Source: Felis catus
Lineage: Eukaryota
Direction of reading: 5' to 3'
NCBI RefSeq assembly: GCF_018350175.1
Contig: NC_058383.1
Location: forward strand, 9,116,001 to 9,180,000
DNA: 64,000 nt
Shown one piece after another: positions 1 to 11,888 of the stretch. Position 1 is the stretch's first letter; each line of letters opens with the position of its first letter. A program made the translations under genes and the position numbers. The notes below the pieces were generated by a model. The model was not told where the DNA came from, did not search any database, and saw only the letters and a list, made by a program, of their open reading frames with translations.

Positions 1-735
1 CAGCACTGCTCCTTTTCCAAGGACACACCTGCCCAGCAAGCCTCTTGTGAAGCCTCATCTGGATCTGGCACCTGCATTCCCTCTGGTCCTCGAAGTGCTG
101 GTGTCCCTCTACTCCCCCCACCTCCCTTCCCACCCGCCCCCCCCCCCCCCCAGCACAGGGCAACTTGAGGGCAGAACCCTGCTCGGGTCATCTCCCGCCC
201 GGCCCGGAGTGGGGCTGATGACAACAAATGCTGGGCGCCCTGGCCTAGGTTTGGGGCCAGAGTCAGCTCTGGGCTGAGCCCAGGCTTCCCTAGGAGCCCC
301 GGGGCCACATGCACTTGCTTCCCCCCATGCCCAGAGTGAGCACAGGGCTGGGTGTGAGGCTTAGAGGCCCTGAGCCCTCCAACCGGGAGGCCAGGTCAGC
401 TGGAGAGGGGGCCACCGGAAGGACACTGGGGGCTGGGACACCCAGGGCCAGACATGCAGGGCAGGGTGAACACATTCATCTCATTGGTGGAGAGTAACCT
501 GGGCCCAGTGAGGCCAGTGTAATCACCCTCGTTTTCCAGATAGGGACATAGAGGCCAGACGAGAGGCTTACTGGGACCCAGATGGCTCAGCTGGCCTGGG
601 ACCCTGGGCCTCACCTCCGGTGCTATATTTTCCTAAGAGCCCCCACTCCCACCCTGCTCAGGAGAGCTGGGGACAGGGGTCCAGGGAGACTCCCCAGGTG
701 AACAACAACACAGATGTGCAGGGCTGCTGGGCACA

Positions 736-741
736 TTTATT
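736..741 (-). terminator. UPK3BL polyadenylation signal AATAAA
   Basis: tttatt on + strand ~160 nt past the stop; GU-rich TGTTGTTGTT downstream at ~701-710. Confidence 0.8.
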
Positions 742-899
742 TCTGACAGGGACAGGCCTAATTTTGGGCTAAGGACACTCTCCCCTCACCCTCCCTTGGA
801 AACACTCTCTTCCAGGGCTCCAGAAGCTTCCGGGCATGCTCCCAGCCCGGGATCTGCGGCCTGGACCAGGGAGGAGGCCGAGGGGCAGGTGCGGACCCC

Positions 900-1008
900 T
901 CATGAGGCCCCCACGGCTGGGGGGTCAGTCACGTGGTGGGTGTTGTATCTTCTCACGCAAGTCGACTGCTCTGGGCCCGAAATGGGAGCGCTCCTGCAGG
1001 TGTCATGA
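900..1008 (-). CDS. UPK3BL1: UPK3BL coding exon 6 (cytoplasmic tail, stop)
   Basis: Pyrimidine tract + aag| acceptor; CHDTCRSAPISGPEQSTCVRRYNTHHVTDPPAVGAS*; TGA at 902-900. Confidence 0.88.
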
Positions 1009-4000
1009 CTTCGGGAGGGGAGAGAAGATGAGCGTAGGGCCTGATCCAAGTACCACAGCTACTGCCCATGGCTTGGAGCTCGAGGCATAGGAGCATTGGG
1101 GAAACTGAGGCTCCACTGGCCGGGCAGGATTAACCTAAGGGAACCGGGCTATTCCTCTAAACCTCACAAATCCAGCTGTGCCCTCCCAGCCCCCACACTC
1201 TCCTCTACTCCCCGCACCCCAGGGTCTGCCCTGTCTCCCCTCATCGAGAGCCGCCACTGGCTCCCTCTGGCCTTCGGGACACAGCCCTTTTCCTCAGCTG
1301 GGAGTCATGACCTCCGCCCCCCACCCCTTGCTTGGCTGCCAGAAACCCTCCTGCCCCAGACCCTCCCCCCTCCCTCCTAGAACTGCTCCTCCCTTCCCCA
1401 AATCCCACCCAGAGACCAGGTTTCCCCTTTTCTCTAGGAAGCCCTGTGGGCACCCCTGTCCACCAGGCCCCAGCATGCGAGTTCTGAATGAAGTTTTGAG
1501 GCAAAGCTCAGCGCTTCAACTGAAAGCAATTCTCCGCCTCGGTGTCTCGCATCTGGAGTGTCTGCGGTGAGCCCCCTACTCGCAATTCCAGCTGTTGCCG
1601 CCAGGGGGCGAGGGGTGCCGCTCAGAGAGCGAGGACACGCCCAGGCCACCACCGTCCCGCACCGGCAATTGGTCGGCAGAAAGGGACAAAGGAGGGAGGG
1701 GTTCATGCATACACACACACACACACGCACACGCACACGCACACGCACACGAACACACACTCACAAGCCCTACTGGCTTCTGGGTAGAGAGGACGAGGAG
1801 GATAAGAGGTGGTCTGGGTCAGAGACCCCACCCTTCCCAGGGGGCCCAGACCCTGGCCACTTACCAGGTGTAGATAAGCAGAGCAAGGAGGGCAGTGAAA
1901 AGGACAGCCAGCAAGACCGACAAAATGGCAATGATGACCACGGTGCCCGCGCTTTGGGGTCCTGGGACAGCCTGTAGTGCCTTGGCTGAGAGGTGTGAGG
2001 GGGTCCCCCAGGCAGATGGGGGGTTGGGGGGGAGGGAAGAGAGTTCTGACCCAGAAGGGGGACTTGGAACAGCCTCCAGACCAACCATCCCTGCCCCAGC
2101 TGGGGGAGAGGCACCTGCAGACAGCAGGATGGTAATGGTGGCTCTGATGGGGGGCTGGTCCATTCTCCCCAGCCCAGCCCGACCTCAGGAGTCCCCTAGG
2201 CCCCAGGCCCCCAGCCCCAGTGTTTGACCTGCTTGTTTGACCCCGCACCTTGCTGCAGGCGGGTCTCGCTGGACCATTCTGTCTCAGCCACAGGTCCCCT
2301 GTCACTCATCACCAGGAACTTCACTCTGAGAAGGAGACCCAGGATTGGGGGTGGGGGTCCCCGGAACCTGAAACCCTCTGGCCCCGGTGCCTGTCTGACC
2401 TCTTGACTCCCAGGTACTGGGAGGTTGGGGAAGTGGGGACTGGGCCTGAAAGCCAGCCTTAGAACCCACCAGAAGGGGTTCCAATTCCAGCTGTGTAGCC
2501 TTGGGCACATCCCTCACCCTCTCTGGGCCTCAACATCCTCACTTAGGAAATGTGTGTGGAATGCACTAGCTCCCCAGCACCCCACATCAGTGAATCAAGC
2601 CCTGAGTGAGGGGAGACAGGGCTGGGGACAGTTTGTGGATGGGAAAACACCCGCAGGGGCGAGATGGCCCATGGGGGGAGGGGCTCAAGTGGGGGGCCCT
2701 CTGCCCAAGAAAGAAGGGAGAATTCACCAAGGCGTCCCTGGTCCCTGCCCCCTGCCCACCCCCACCCCCCAGCAGAAACCCAGCCACTCAGCTCGGAGCT
2801 GCCCCAGGCTCAGGTTTGGGCACAGGCAGGAGCTCACCGATAGGGGCCGGGGCCCGGCAGGGGGTGGTTACAGCCTCTCCTCTTAGGGGAGCAGCGGGTA
2901 TCATTGCCAACGCGTAGGACCCGGAGCTGGTTGCCAGGCTGGTTGCCCGGGTAGAGCAACCGGTTGGCCATCAGCGTGAGATAGTAGCCCCTCTGGCTGA
3001 AGTCAGCCGAGACTGGGATGTCCTCCACCCTCTGTGGGGCAGCGAAGTTCTGGGTGGCTGAGGGTAGCCGCAGGTCAGATGGTGGGGGCCACGAGGGCAG
3101 GGCCCCACCCCATCCCACCTGGCCAGACAGCCCTCACGCCTCATCCCCTGCAGACCAGCCTCCCCTCCCCCCACAGCCGCTGCTCCGCCCGGGCCTCCTG
3201 CCCATTTCACAGAGGGAACACCCAGGCCTGCCCCTGCAGCACCCACCGTTGCTGTGGGCCACCACCAGCCAGATGGTGTCCAAGTCGGAGATGTTGAGGC
3301 GACTGAACTGGCCCCTTGGCTGCTCCAGCGTGAAGGTAGACTGGGTGAGTGTCCCTGCCAGGGTGGGGCTGGAGAGCTGGGGCACGTAGCTGATGCGCTC
3401 TGGGGCAGGCGGGGGACAGACAGAAGGGCTCAACAGGACAACCAAGCCCCCACAGCCCAGTCTGAAGTGGGAGTCATGGTCCTGGAAGCCCCAGTCTGAA
3501 GGGGGAGGCACAGACTTGATCTGGGGACCCCAATCTGAGGGAGGAGTGGAGGCTCTTCCTGGAAGCTCCAGTCAGGCATTAATCAGGAGGGTCTGCCCGT
3601 GGGGCATGAGCCGGTGACCGAGTCCGGCCCTGCCTCCTGCCTTGCTCGCCTACTAGGGGTAGGAACTGTGGGAGGTCAGGAGGGAGGCCCTGCCCCACCT
3701 GAGTCACTGGGGTCTCCGCGGTGGGCAGAGCCTGGGGAAGGCATAGAGGCACAGGAGACCCCTTCCCCCGCTGCATACACAATTCTGAAGATGTCTTAGG
3801 CCTTGTTGGGGCGAGACTCAGATTTAAGGGAGCCTGAGCCTGAGCCCAAACCTTAGACGGGACTCTTGACAGTGACCTTGAGCTCCGGCACTCTCTGGGC
3901 CTCAGTTTACCTGCCTCTCAAGTCCCTCAGCTCCACCCAGATGGTCCAGGTTGGTTTGCTTGAGAAGAGGAATGAGCGGTTTGGAGGGCTGGGAGGGGGT

Positions 4001-5054
4001 GACACAGGAAGGTCCCCAGCAAGACCCCAGGCCCAGACGTGCCCCTCCTGGAGGTGTCCTGGCTGAGAGCACGGGACATCCTCTCTTCCTGGCCCAGGGC
4101 TGTGCCACCTGCCAGCCCACCCCAGGCACCTGGCCCTCTGGATCTTGTGCCCTAACCCCCCACCCCCACCCTCCTGCTTCAGCCTCACTGGGGAAGGGTG
4201 GGGACAGGAAAGGACAAGAACCCTGGGCCCCCATGTCAGAGATGGGGGCGCGACGGACTCAGGACCCAGGACAAGTAATGTGGCCACGTCCAGCCTTGCT
4301 GCCCAGAAGGCTCCCGAGGACAGTGCCCCTTCTCTCTGCAGTCCCCAGTCCTGGAGGGCAGCAGAAAGGGGAGGCTGGCTTTCACGCAAGTCTTCAGAGC
4401 CCTCTCCCTCTTTTCGTTCAGTTCCCCTCAGCAGGATTCATGTCCATCCCATTCGGCTCCCAAGGTTCAGGACTAGACTCTTCCTTCCTCAGAGCCCCGC
4501 TCCTGTCTCCGAGGCCCAGTGCACACTGCATACAGCAGGTACTTAATGTCCACTTAACGAGGGAGGAGTGGAGCAGCCGAGATGGGGCGCTGCATCTCTA
4601 AGCCCCTCTAGTGTAAGAGCCCACAGTGACCAGTGCCTGCAGCCCCCCGGGAGAGCTTCCTTCCTTCCGGGAGTTGCCCTGGTAGACTTGTTTAAACCCT
4701 CCTCAGGGACAGAAGGAGGGGAGGTGGTTGCTGAGAACAGGATGGGAGCTCAGGAGGCATGGGGATGAGAACCCTAAAGAGAGGGAGGAAGCACTGCTCA
4801 CTCCCTTGTCTTGGGTGTGGGGACAGGTGTCTGTCTGTGACCCCTCTGGTGGGCCATCTCCCCTGACCCACCCAGGACCCAGTCCCCAGACTTGGGGCTT
4901 GGGAAGCAGCTGGGGAGGTGGGGTCTGTCCTCCTGAAGCCGGAGGCACGGTGCCCCGTCCCCCTTCACTCACCCAGGCCTGTCCCCTGCTGGAGGCAGGT
5001 CAACAGCAGCCACAGTGGCACCGGCAGCCGATACTGTCCCCCACCGAGCCCCAT
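900..5054 (-). CDS. UPK3BL1: Uroplakin-3B-like protein (UPK3BL/UPK3C), 6 coding exons, 762 nt, 253 aa
   Basis: join complement(4973-5054, 3247-3399, 2838-3057, 2249-2325, 1865-1985, 900-1008). All introns GT-AG, phases 1,1,2,1,2. Product: signal peptide, ERISYVPQLS..STFTLEQP..DTIWLVVA, LRVGND..CNHPLPGPGPYRVKFLVM, TM segment VVIIAILSVLLAVLFTALLALLIY, short tail. Matches recalled human UPK3BL1/2. Confidence 0.93.
1581..1612 (+). promoter_or_regulatory. Candidate CTCF site with upstream module, in UPK3BL intron 5
   Basis: GCAATTCC upstream motif followed by core GCCGCCAGGGGGCG. Confidence 0.65.
1865..1985 (-). CDS. UPK3BL1: UPK3BL coding exon 5 (transmembrane)
   Basis: AKALQAVPGPQSAGTVVIIAILSVLLAVLFTALLALLIYT; donor TG|GTAAGT. 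Confidence 0.93.
2249..2325 (-). CDS. UPK3BL1: UPK3BL coding exon 4
   Basis: ctcag|A acceptor; VKFLVMSDRGPVAETEWSSETRLQQ; donor G|GTGCGG. Confidence 0.92.
2838..3057 (-). CDS. UPK3BL1: UPK3BL coding exon 3
   Basis: ctcag|CC acceptor; ATQNFAAPQ...LRVGNDTRCSPKRRGCNHPLPGPGPYR; donor CG|GTGAGC. Confidence 0.93.
3247..3399 (-). CDS. UPK3BL1: UPK3BL coding exon 2
   Basis: cccag|AGCGC acceptor; encodes ERISYVPQLSSPTLAGTLTQSTFTLEQPRGQFSRLNISDLDTIWLVVAHSN; donor G|GTGGGT. Confidence 0.92.
4973..5054 (-). CDS. UPK3BL1: UPK3BL coding exon 1 (signal peptide MGLGGGQYRLPVPLWLLLTCLQQGTGL)
   Basis: gccATGG Kozak at 5054; donor G|GTGAGT at 4972. Confidence 0.85.
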
Positions 5055-5996
5055 GGCCAGGCCAAGTGTCTGACCGTCCGTCTGTCTGCAGCGTCCCAGA
5101 GCTTCCGCTGTGCTGTCTGCCGGGGGACTGGAGAGCTTGCCTCCGGTACCTCCTGAAGCTCCTCCCAGGTGCCCCCTCTTCCCAAACAACTGGTCGGACA
5201 GGTTTGGGGGCAGAATCCACTGGCCCTACGGATTTGGCATCCCAGGGAGGGGTCTGAAGAGAACAATCAGGCACCGCTGCCTGGACAAGCCCGTGGATGC
5301 TCCCACCCCCCACTCCAGGAGGCCCTGGCCGGGGAGGGGCCAAGGAAGGCGGTGGTAGCTCCGGGGTCCCCATGGTCCCCGTGACAGTCCTGCCTACCTG
5401 GCACCTGGGGCCCCCCACAGTCACCCTGTGCTGAAGGGAGTTACCCTCATTTTCTAGTCGGAAGGAGCATGGAGACGAAGGGGCTTGTCCAAGATCACCG
5501 GCCGGGTGGGGCAGAGCCTGGATTAGCCGGTCACACCCAAAGGCAAGTTTAGGGCACTCCCTGCTGTCCCCCTGCAGCCTGGGCCCTGGAGGGGGGAGCT
5601 CCCCGACATCGCCCTGCCCCCTCTCCTTATCCAGCCTCCTAAAACTCAGACTCCTTCGTGGAGTACTTAAAAAAACAACTTTTAAAAAAATTATAAATAT
5701 TCTCTAGTTATTATGATGCATTTACGTGCTATTGGATTGCCAGCCCACGTACACTATTTCCCCCCCCCCGAAAGGACTTAAACTGTGCCAACTGTTTATG
5801 ACAGTGACCTCCAAAAGGGGTAAATACTCCTGCCAACTATGTAACTGCCTGGCAGGCTTTTCGTGACCAACTCTTTACCGGGACATGTTGGCAGAGAGTT
5901 TCAGATTTTTCAAGATTGGAAATCACTGTATTTCCTTCATGATTGACTCGGCCCCAAGGGAACTGGGGGCCGAAGCCAGAACAAAAGCTCAGGGAA

Positions 5997-6127
5997 ATCA
6001 CCGGATTCTACTCCTGAAATCATTAGTGCCCTGTATGCTAACTAACTTGGATGCGAATTTAAAAGTAAGTAAGTAAATAAATAAATGGGGGAAAAAACCC
6101 CAAAAATAAAATGTAAAAAAAAGCAAC
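5997..6127 (+). mobile_element. 5'-truncated carnivore L1 3' end
   Basis: ttctactcctgaaatcatt..gtatgctaactaac..A-rich tail; 13-bp TSD AAAGCTCAGGGAA at 5984-5996 and 6128-6140. Confidence 0.75.
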
Positions 6128-6523
6128 AAAGCTCAGGGAAGGGAAATGAGAATGAGGTCAGGGGGAGTCTGGGGGTGTGCGTGGGGGGAGCCTCCTCCGG
6201 GAGGACCCTGCTACCTTGCAGGACCCAGAAGCCTCCTGTCCTACCTACCTCAGGGGCCAGTACTATTAGACATGTGCTCTGGTCGGGCTTGGTGCCCCCC
6301 CAAGTGCTCCCCTAGCACCCTCGCCCCCTGGCACGCGTCTCCATTTTCCAATCACTGTGATGTCATGTGCTGTCACCTCAAGGGCATCCCTGCACACACC
6401 TGTGCCCTGCTCCTGCTGACAGCTCCATGGAGGCGGGCACTGGCCCTCCCGTACCCGCGGGGTATGGAGGGGAGAAGGGTGGGAGCCAACCAGAGGGTCT
6501 GGGCTTTCTTTAACTCCCCAGCT

Positions 6524-6713
6524 TTTTTTTTTTTTTTAAGAGAGAGAGAGCGAGCGGAAGGGAGATAGGCAGAGGGAGAGAGAGAGAGAATCTTAAGCAG
6601 GCGCCACACCCAGCACAGAATCCGACGAGGGGATCCATCCCATGACCCTGGGATCGTGACCTGAGCGGAAATTAAGAGTCAGACGCTCAACCGGCTGAGC
6701 CCTCCGGGCGCCC
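6524..6713 (-). mobile_element. CAN-SINE (SINEC)
   Basis: GGGGCGCC head, (CT)n, poly-A; TSD CTCCCCAGCT. Confidence 0.85.
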
Positions 6714-6964
6714 CTCCCCAGCTCTTTATTATAGAAATGGTCACACCTTTAGGACAGTTGAAAATATATAGTACAGTGAATGCCCATTCATAGAGCCTCC
6801 ACCCGGATTCGCAACTGTGAGCATTTGGCTGTATTTGCCCTCCACCTTCTCCCTCCCAGATATACGAGTATATATACGCTATGTTACTCTCTATGTACCT
6901 CTGTACCTTTACATACTTATTGTGTATATAATATATATACTTATATATAATAAGTTCTCTCTTC

Positions 6965-7163
6965 CTTTTTTTTTTTTTTTTTGAGAGAGAGAGAGAGAGA
7001 GTGTGCAAGTATGAGTAGGGGAGGGGCAGAGGGAGAGAGAATCTCAAGCAGGCTCCATGTCCTGTGCAGAGCCCAATGTGGGGCTCGAGCCCATGACTCC
7101 GGGATCATGACCTGAGCCGAAATCAAGAGTCAGATGCTTAACTGACTGAGCCACCCAGATGCC

Positions 7164-7201
<38 letters not shown>

Positions 7202-7294
7202 GTTTTTTATGAAGCTCTATGCTCATGGGCCTTGAACTCATGACCCTGAGATCAGGACTTGCACGTTCCCACCCAGTGAGTCAGTTAAGTGCCC
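6965..7294 (-). mobile_element. Two adjacent CAN-SINEs
   Basis: Heads ending at ~7165 and ~7294; (GA)n and poly-T on + strand. Confidence 0.8.
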
Positions 7295-7821
7295 CAACAT
7301 GTTTTCATATACTACGTATTTTTATACAATACATATTAATAAATATATGTATTTACTTTTTTTCTCCTCTACCTTTGAAAGGCGTTGAGAGCGAACATCA
7401 CAACAGGTGGAGAGCTCGCTTCTTTCTGAAGACACGTTCCTGCTCATCGACTCATCTCCTCAGCTCCTCTAGAAGTGAGTAGGGCAGGCATTGTGACTAA
7501 TCTCATTACACAGACGAGAAAACAGAGCCCAACCTTCCTGCAGTGGCCTCTCGAGCTGGAGATCGGCTCCAGGTTGGTCATACTCAGGACTCTCTCCCTG
7601 TGGATCTGTGTGGCATTGGGGGCCGGCGGGAACACTGATGTTTCCCGTCTCAGTTCGTGGCCCACGCTGATTACTGCTCTGCACAAGGCCCTGAGTTTAC
7701 TTTTGTATTTTCCCTCTTTGTGCCTGCGGCCCTCTGTCTCCTGCCCCCGCCCCCAGGACCCCCACTGTCCTCGGTTTGCTGTGTGTCCAGGATCACTTAC
7801 CTGTGTCTGCCGTGAGATATA

Positions 7822-7962
7822 CTGTGGTCCGGTACCCGGCATGAGGCCCCTAAAGGGGTATCTTTGTTCCCTCAAAGTGCTCCACAGTAGTAAAGACGAA
7901 AATAGTGTTTTTGTTTTTCATAACAAGCCCCTTTCTTTAAAAAAATAATTTACTTTACTTAT

Positions 7963-8003
<41 letters not shown>

Positions 8004-8390
8004 ACAGCAGGGGCAGAGGGAGAGGGAGGGAGAGAATCCCAAGTAGGCTCTGCACTGTCAGCACAGAGCCTGATGTGAGGTTCGAACTCATGAATTATGA
8101 GATCATGACCTAAACCGAAATCAAGAGTAGGACGCTTAACCCGCTGAGCTACCCAGGCACCCCAATAACAAGCCCCTTTCCACCTGAGTTTATGTTAATG
8201 AGGTGACATTCGGAAGGCCCCTAGATAACCCCAGGATGGGCACTGGTGGCCAAGGACACCAGCACGAAGAGAGGGTTGGAATTTTCTGCCCCATCCCCCC
8301 TACTTCCCCAGTGGCCAGTGGCTTAATCAATTATTCCTACATCAAGCCTCCATAAAAACCCCAAAACTGAAAAATACTGAAAAAAAAATC
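7822..8390. mobile_element. MER21-like LTR interrupted by a SINE
   Basis: cacctgagtttatgttaatgaggtgac..agagggttggaattttc..ttaatcaat..cctccataaaaacc resembles MER21. Confidence 0.6.
7936..8164 (-). mobile_element. CAN-SINE
   Basis: Perfect 16-bp TSD ATAACAAGCCCCTTTC at 7920-7935 and 8165-8180. Confidence 0.9.
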
Positions 8391-9017
8391 AGTCCTTTCC
8401 TTTTGTTGTCATATACCACAGACATAGGCAATTCTCAGTGTCCCCTCTCAGCTTGACCCAGGACAAGCTCCCATAATGTACCAGCGGTATCCACAGCCAC
8501 AGCCCACTTGGGGTGCCGTTGGCTTAGTTTGTCCTGCCAAGGACAAGGTACGAGGGCTCCTCCCCAGACTCACCGGCCTCCAGGGGTTCTCCCCAGTCCT
8601 GCAAGATTCATCGTGGGACTGCTGCAGGTGACAGGCTCAGCCAGGCTGGGGGATGCTCTCTGATGTTGGTCGGTGAGCTGATGGCCAGCCCCCACTCGGG
8701 CACAACTGGATATCACCAGGGGAAGCAGCTCCCAGCCGTGTGTCACTATGTGGCAGAAATGATGATAGTGACAAGGAGGACCGGGGCAGATCCAAGGCCA
8801 GAGACACCACCTCCACCCACTGCCATTTTTCTAGCCTGGGTCAGCCCCGGGACTTTGGCACAAGCTCAACGAGGGAAGGAAAGCCACACAAAGTGATCAC
8901 TATGGGACCCACAGCCCCAGAGAGTGGACACCAGTAAGCAGAGTTAATATGATTCAGAAAACAAAGAAGTCTGATGCATCCTATATCTCAAAGGTTACAG
9001 AGACATTCATGCCTGAT

Positions 9018-9020
<3 letters not shown>

Positions 9021-9064
<44 letters not shown>
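9021..9064. repeat. (TG)22 microsatellite
   Basis: Direct reading. Confidence 0.95.
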
Positions 9065-9066
<2 letters not shown>

Positions 9067-9111
9067 CAGGTCAGCTCCTGGACTTCCTGATTCATTTCTT
9101 GGACCAATCTT

Positions 9112-9341
9112 CTTTTTTTTTTAATTATTATTTTTTATTAAATTAAAAAAATGTTTACTTATTGAGACAGAGAGACATTGTGTGAGCGTGGCAGGGGTTG
9201 AGAGAGGAAGACGCAGAATCTGAAGTAGATTCTAGGCTCTGAACTGTCAGCACAGAGCCTGATGCAAGGCTTGAACTCGTGAACCGCAGGATCACGACCT
9301 GAGCTGAAGTCGGACACTTAAGTGAGCCACCCAGGCGCCCC
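9112..9341 (-). mobile_element. SINEC_Fc-type SINE
   Basis: 15-bp TSD TCTTGGACCAATCTT. Confidence 0.9.
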
Positions 9342-10604
9342 TCTTGGACCAATCTTGTATTTGGGCATCAGTATCAGGTCATTTTAGTCTTTGTAACTTT
9401 GCCCTACGTTCTACTCGACCACAGTACTAATTGGCTATACCGTTACTTGACGAATGCTTCTTCTCTTCGTGAACAGTGACTCCTGGAGTGCAGTGATTGC
9501 GTCTGTTTGGTTCCCCCACTGTGTCCCCATTGCTGAGCCCAGGGTCCAGCACAATATCTGTGCTCAGTAATTATTTTGACTGCTAATATGGCCACCTCCC
9601 TGTTCCACGGATCTGGCCGGGTGGCCAGCGGTTACCATCTTGTTTTACAGCATCAGTCTGACAACTAGAATGTTGTGGCTTCTGGGTAGAGGCCAGCTTC
9701 TCTGTTGGATCCCCTCTTCCTGGTCCAGATGTCCCCAGCTCCAGTGAGTCCCTGTGTGAAGGGAAGGGGCCCACGATGCCCAGAGGGACTGGGTGGGGCC
9801 CATGCCAAGCCCCAGGGAACAGTCTATTCCCAAGGACCTACCTTGCCTTGTACCTTTGGGGTGACTCATGTGATGAGGTGTGGCTTCCACCCGCCCCTAA
9901 ACACAGGGCCACCAGAGAAATGCTCCCAAAGGCCCACCCAGCCCCATGTCCCCAGACAGGGCCCCAGCTCCATGGCAACCATCACAGCCTGTCCCGAGGA
10001 GAGGCTCGGACACCTCCAGGGGCAGCCTGGGACTTTGTGCAGGGAGGGGAAGTACAGGTGACCCAGTCCCTTCCCCCGGCACCAGCTTAGCCTAGGGGCC
10101 ACTCACCGAATGCTGACAGAGACCCAGCGGTGCTAATCCCAAGGGGGACAGACGCCCACGGCTCATTGAGCCCACCCTGGTCCTTAATCTTTCCACGGCA
10201 CAGTGATCCAGCCCCTTCCAGTTCTGTTGGTTCATCCCTCGAGACAGGCAGCTCACCACTTCCCTGGTCTAGTGATAGCATCGGACACCTGGAATCATAA
10301 AGCAGAAAGCTCTTTCAATAGGGGGGTGCCTCCTTTGAGTGAAATCGCACAACTTTGGGGCCAAGAGGCAAGCAAGCCTGGCTCACTCTTGATCCACCGA
10401 AGCCTGGGGTAGGTGGGCTTACATCTCCCCCCACGGGACACAGGGCCGCTGGAGGTCAGGAAACTGAGGCCTTTTTACTTTCTATGTCCTGTGCAGCTGC
10501 CACACTGTTTATTGAAGGGCTACTATGTGTCAGGACCCCTGCGGGCACAGGTCGTGGGCAGCAGCTCTAGAGGAGAAGTGTGGGTTGGGAAAAGAGTGGG
10601 TACT

Positions 10605-10699
10605 TTATTTTTATTTTATTAAAATATTTTTTTAATGTTTATTTTTGAGAGAGACAGAGACAGAGTGTGAGCAGGGGAGGGGCGGAGGGAGAGAGAAAC

Positions 10700-10743
<44 letters not shown>

Positions 10744-10884
10744 TCTGAAGCAGGCTCCAGGCTCTGAGCTGTCAGCACTGAGCCCAACGCTGGGCTCAAA
10801 CTCACAAACCGTGAGATTGTGACCTGAGCCAGAATCAAGAGCCAGACACTCGACACTCAACTGACTGAGCCACCCAGGCGCTCC
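10605..10884 (-). mobile_element. SINEC_Fc-type SINE
   Basis: Typical body (ggctccaggctctgagctgtcagc) and (GA)n tract. Confidence 0.88.
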
Positions 10885-11888
10885 AGGGTGGGTAATTTAT
10901 TCACTGATCCCCCCAATAGGCCGTCAGAGAGCCCAGCAGCTCTGCCCGCAGAGGACCCCACTTGAAGAGGCACCCGGAGATGTCTGATGAGCTGAGCCCC
11001 CTCAGCCCCCAAACCCTCCCGCCTACCCCTCCTCACCCCAGCCCATGGCACCCTCTACCCTGGGGGCTCTCCCACTGCCCCAGCCCCATGGAGTTGGGGC
11101 TCAGACAAGGACAGGGTTCCAGTCACAGGGATCGGAGGGCAAAGTTGAGCCTGGAGATTCCATTAAAAACATGCGGTGGAAGGGCTTTGGGCCACCTCCA
11201 CTGGGTGGGGAGGGGAGCAGAGGGACCAGGGCTGGGGACCAGGAGGGAGAGGCCAGGATGACTAATGAGGCATTCCTCTCTGTCCCTCCGGGAGAAAAGT
11301 CACGGAGAAGAGTGGTTGTCAAGGGCAACACATTCTTTTCCTGTGGGTAACTCTAGCTTGTGTCATCCACAGGGAGTGGGGTTTGGGGGAGGCCAGGACT
11401 GGAGGGTCTGAGCCGGGAAGCTTGGGGGTCTTCGCTCATTTTACAGAGGGAAACTGAGGCCAGGGGAGGAGGGCGGGGTTGCCTGGTGGGGCAAACGAGG
11501 TATAAAGGAGAATGCCAGGCTCCCGTCTCGCTCCTGGGGCTCTCTCTCAGGAGTCAGGGGTGTCCAGGCTAGGACAGGTGCGGGGGATGGTAGGGGAGGC
11601 CGAGGACACGGCTGTAGTGGCTTCTGGCTTCTGTATGGGGAGGGAAGGGGAAGGCCACCCAGAGAGCTGGGTCGGGGGTTGTGAGCAGATCCTGGCCTAC
11701 ACCCATCCAAGTCCATTGTGAAGGCCTCGGCCTGCCCAGTGCACCCCCCAAGCCCCGTCCTACTTCCGAGCCTCTATGCACAAAAGCCTCTGCTCACCTG
11801 TTGGCTGGACGTTAAACGTCTCCCCCTGACCCCTACTCCGTGCGCTCCATCTCTGTGACTACTCCTGCCCACTCTGCTGTAATGGTGG

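Noticed and set aside
1..700. Expected neighbour RASA4 downstream of UPK3BL
   Set aside because: No RASA4 coding sequence or CpG island is visible.
2958..2965. Perfect GRHL palindrome AACCGGTT inside UPK3BL exon 3
   Set aside because: About one such 8-mer is expected per window, and it is explained by the A-N-R-L codons.
3455..3575. Three degenerate CCCAGTCTGAAG units upstream of the UPK3BL exon 2 acceptor
   Set aside because: Irregular spacing; looks like a decayed minisatellite, not an array with spacers.
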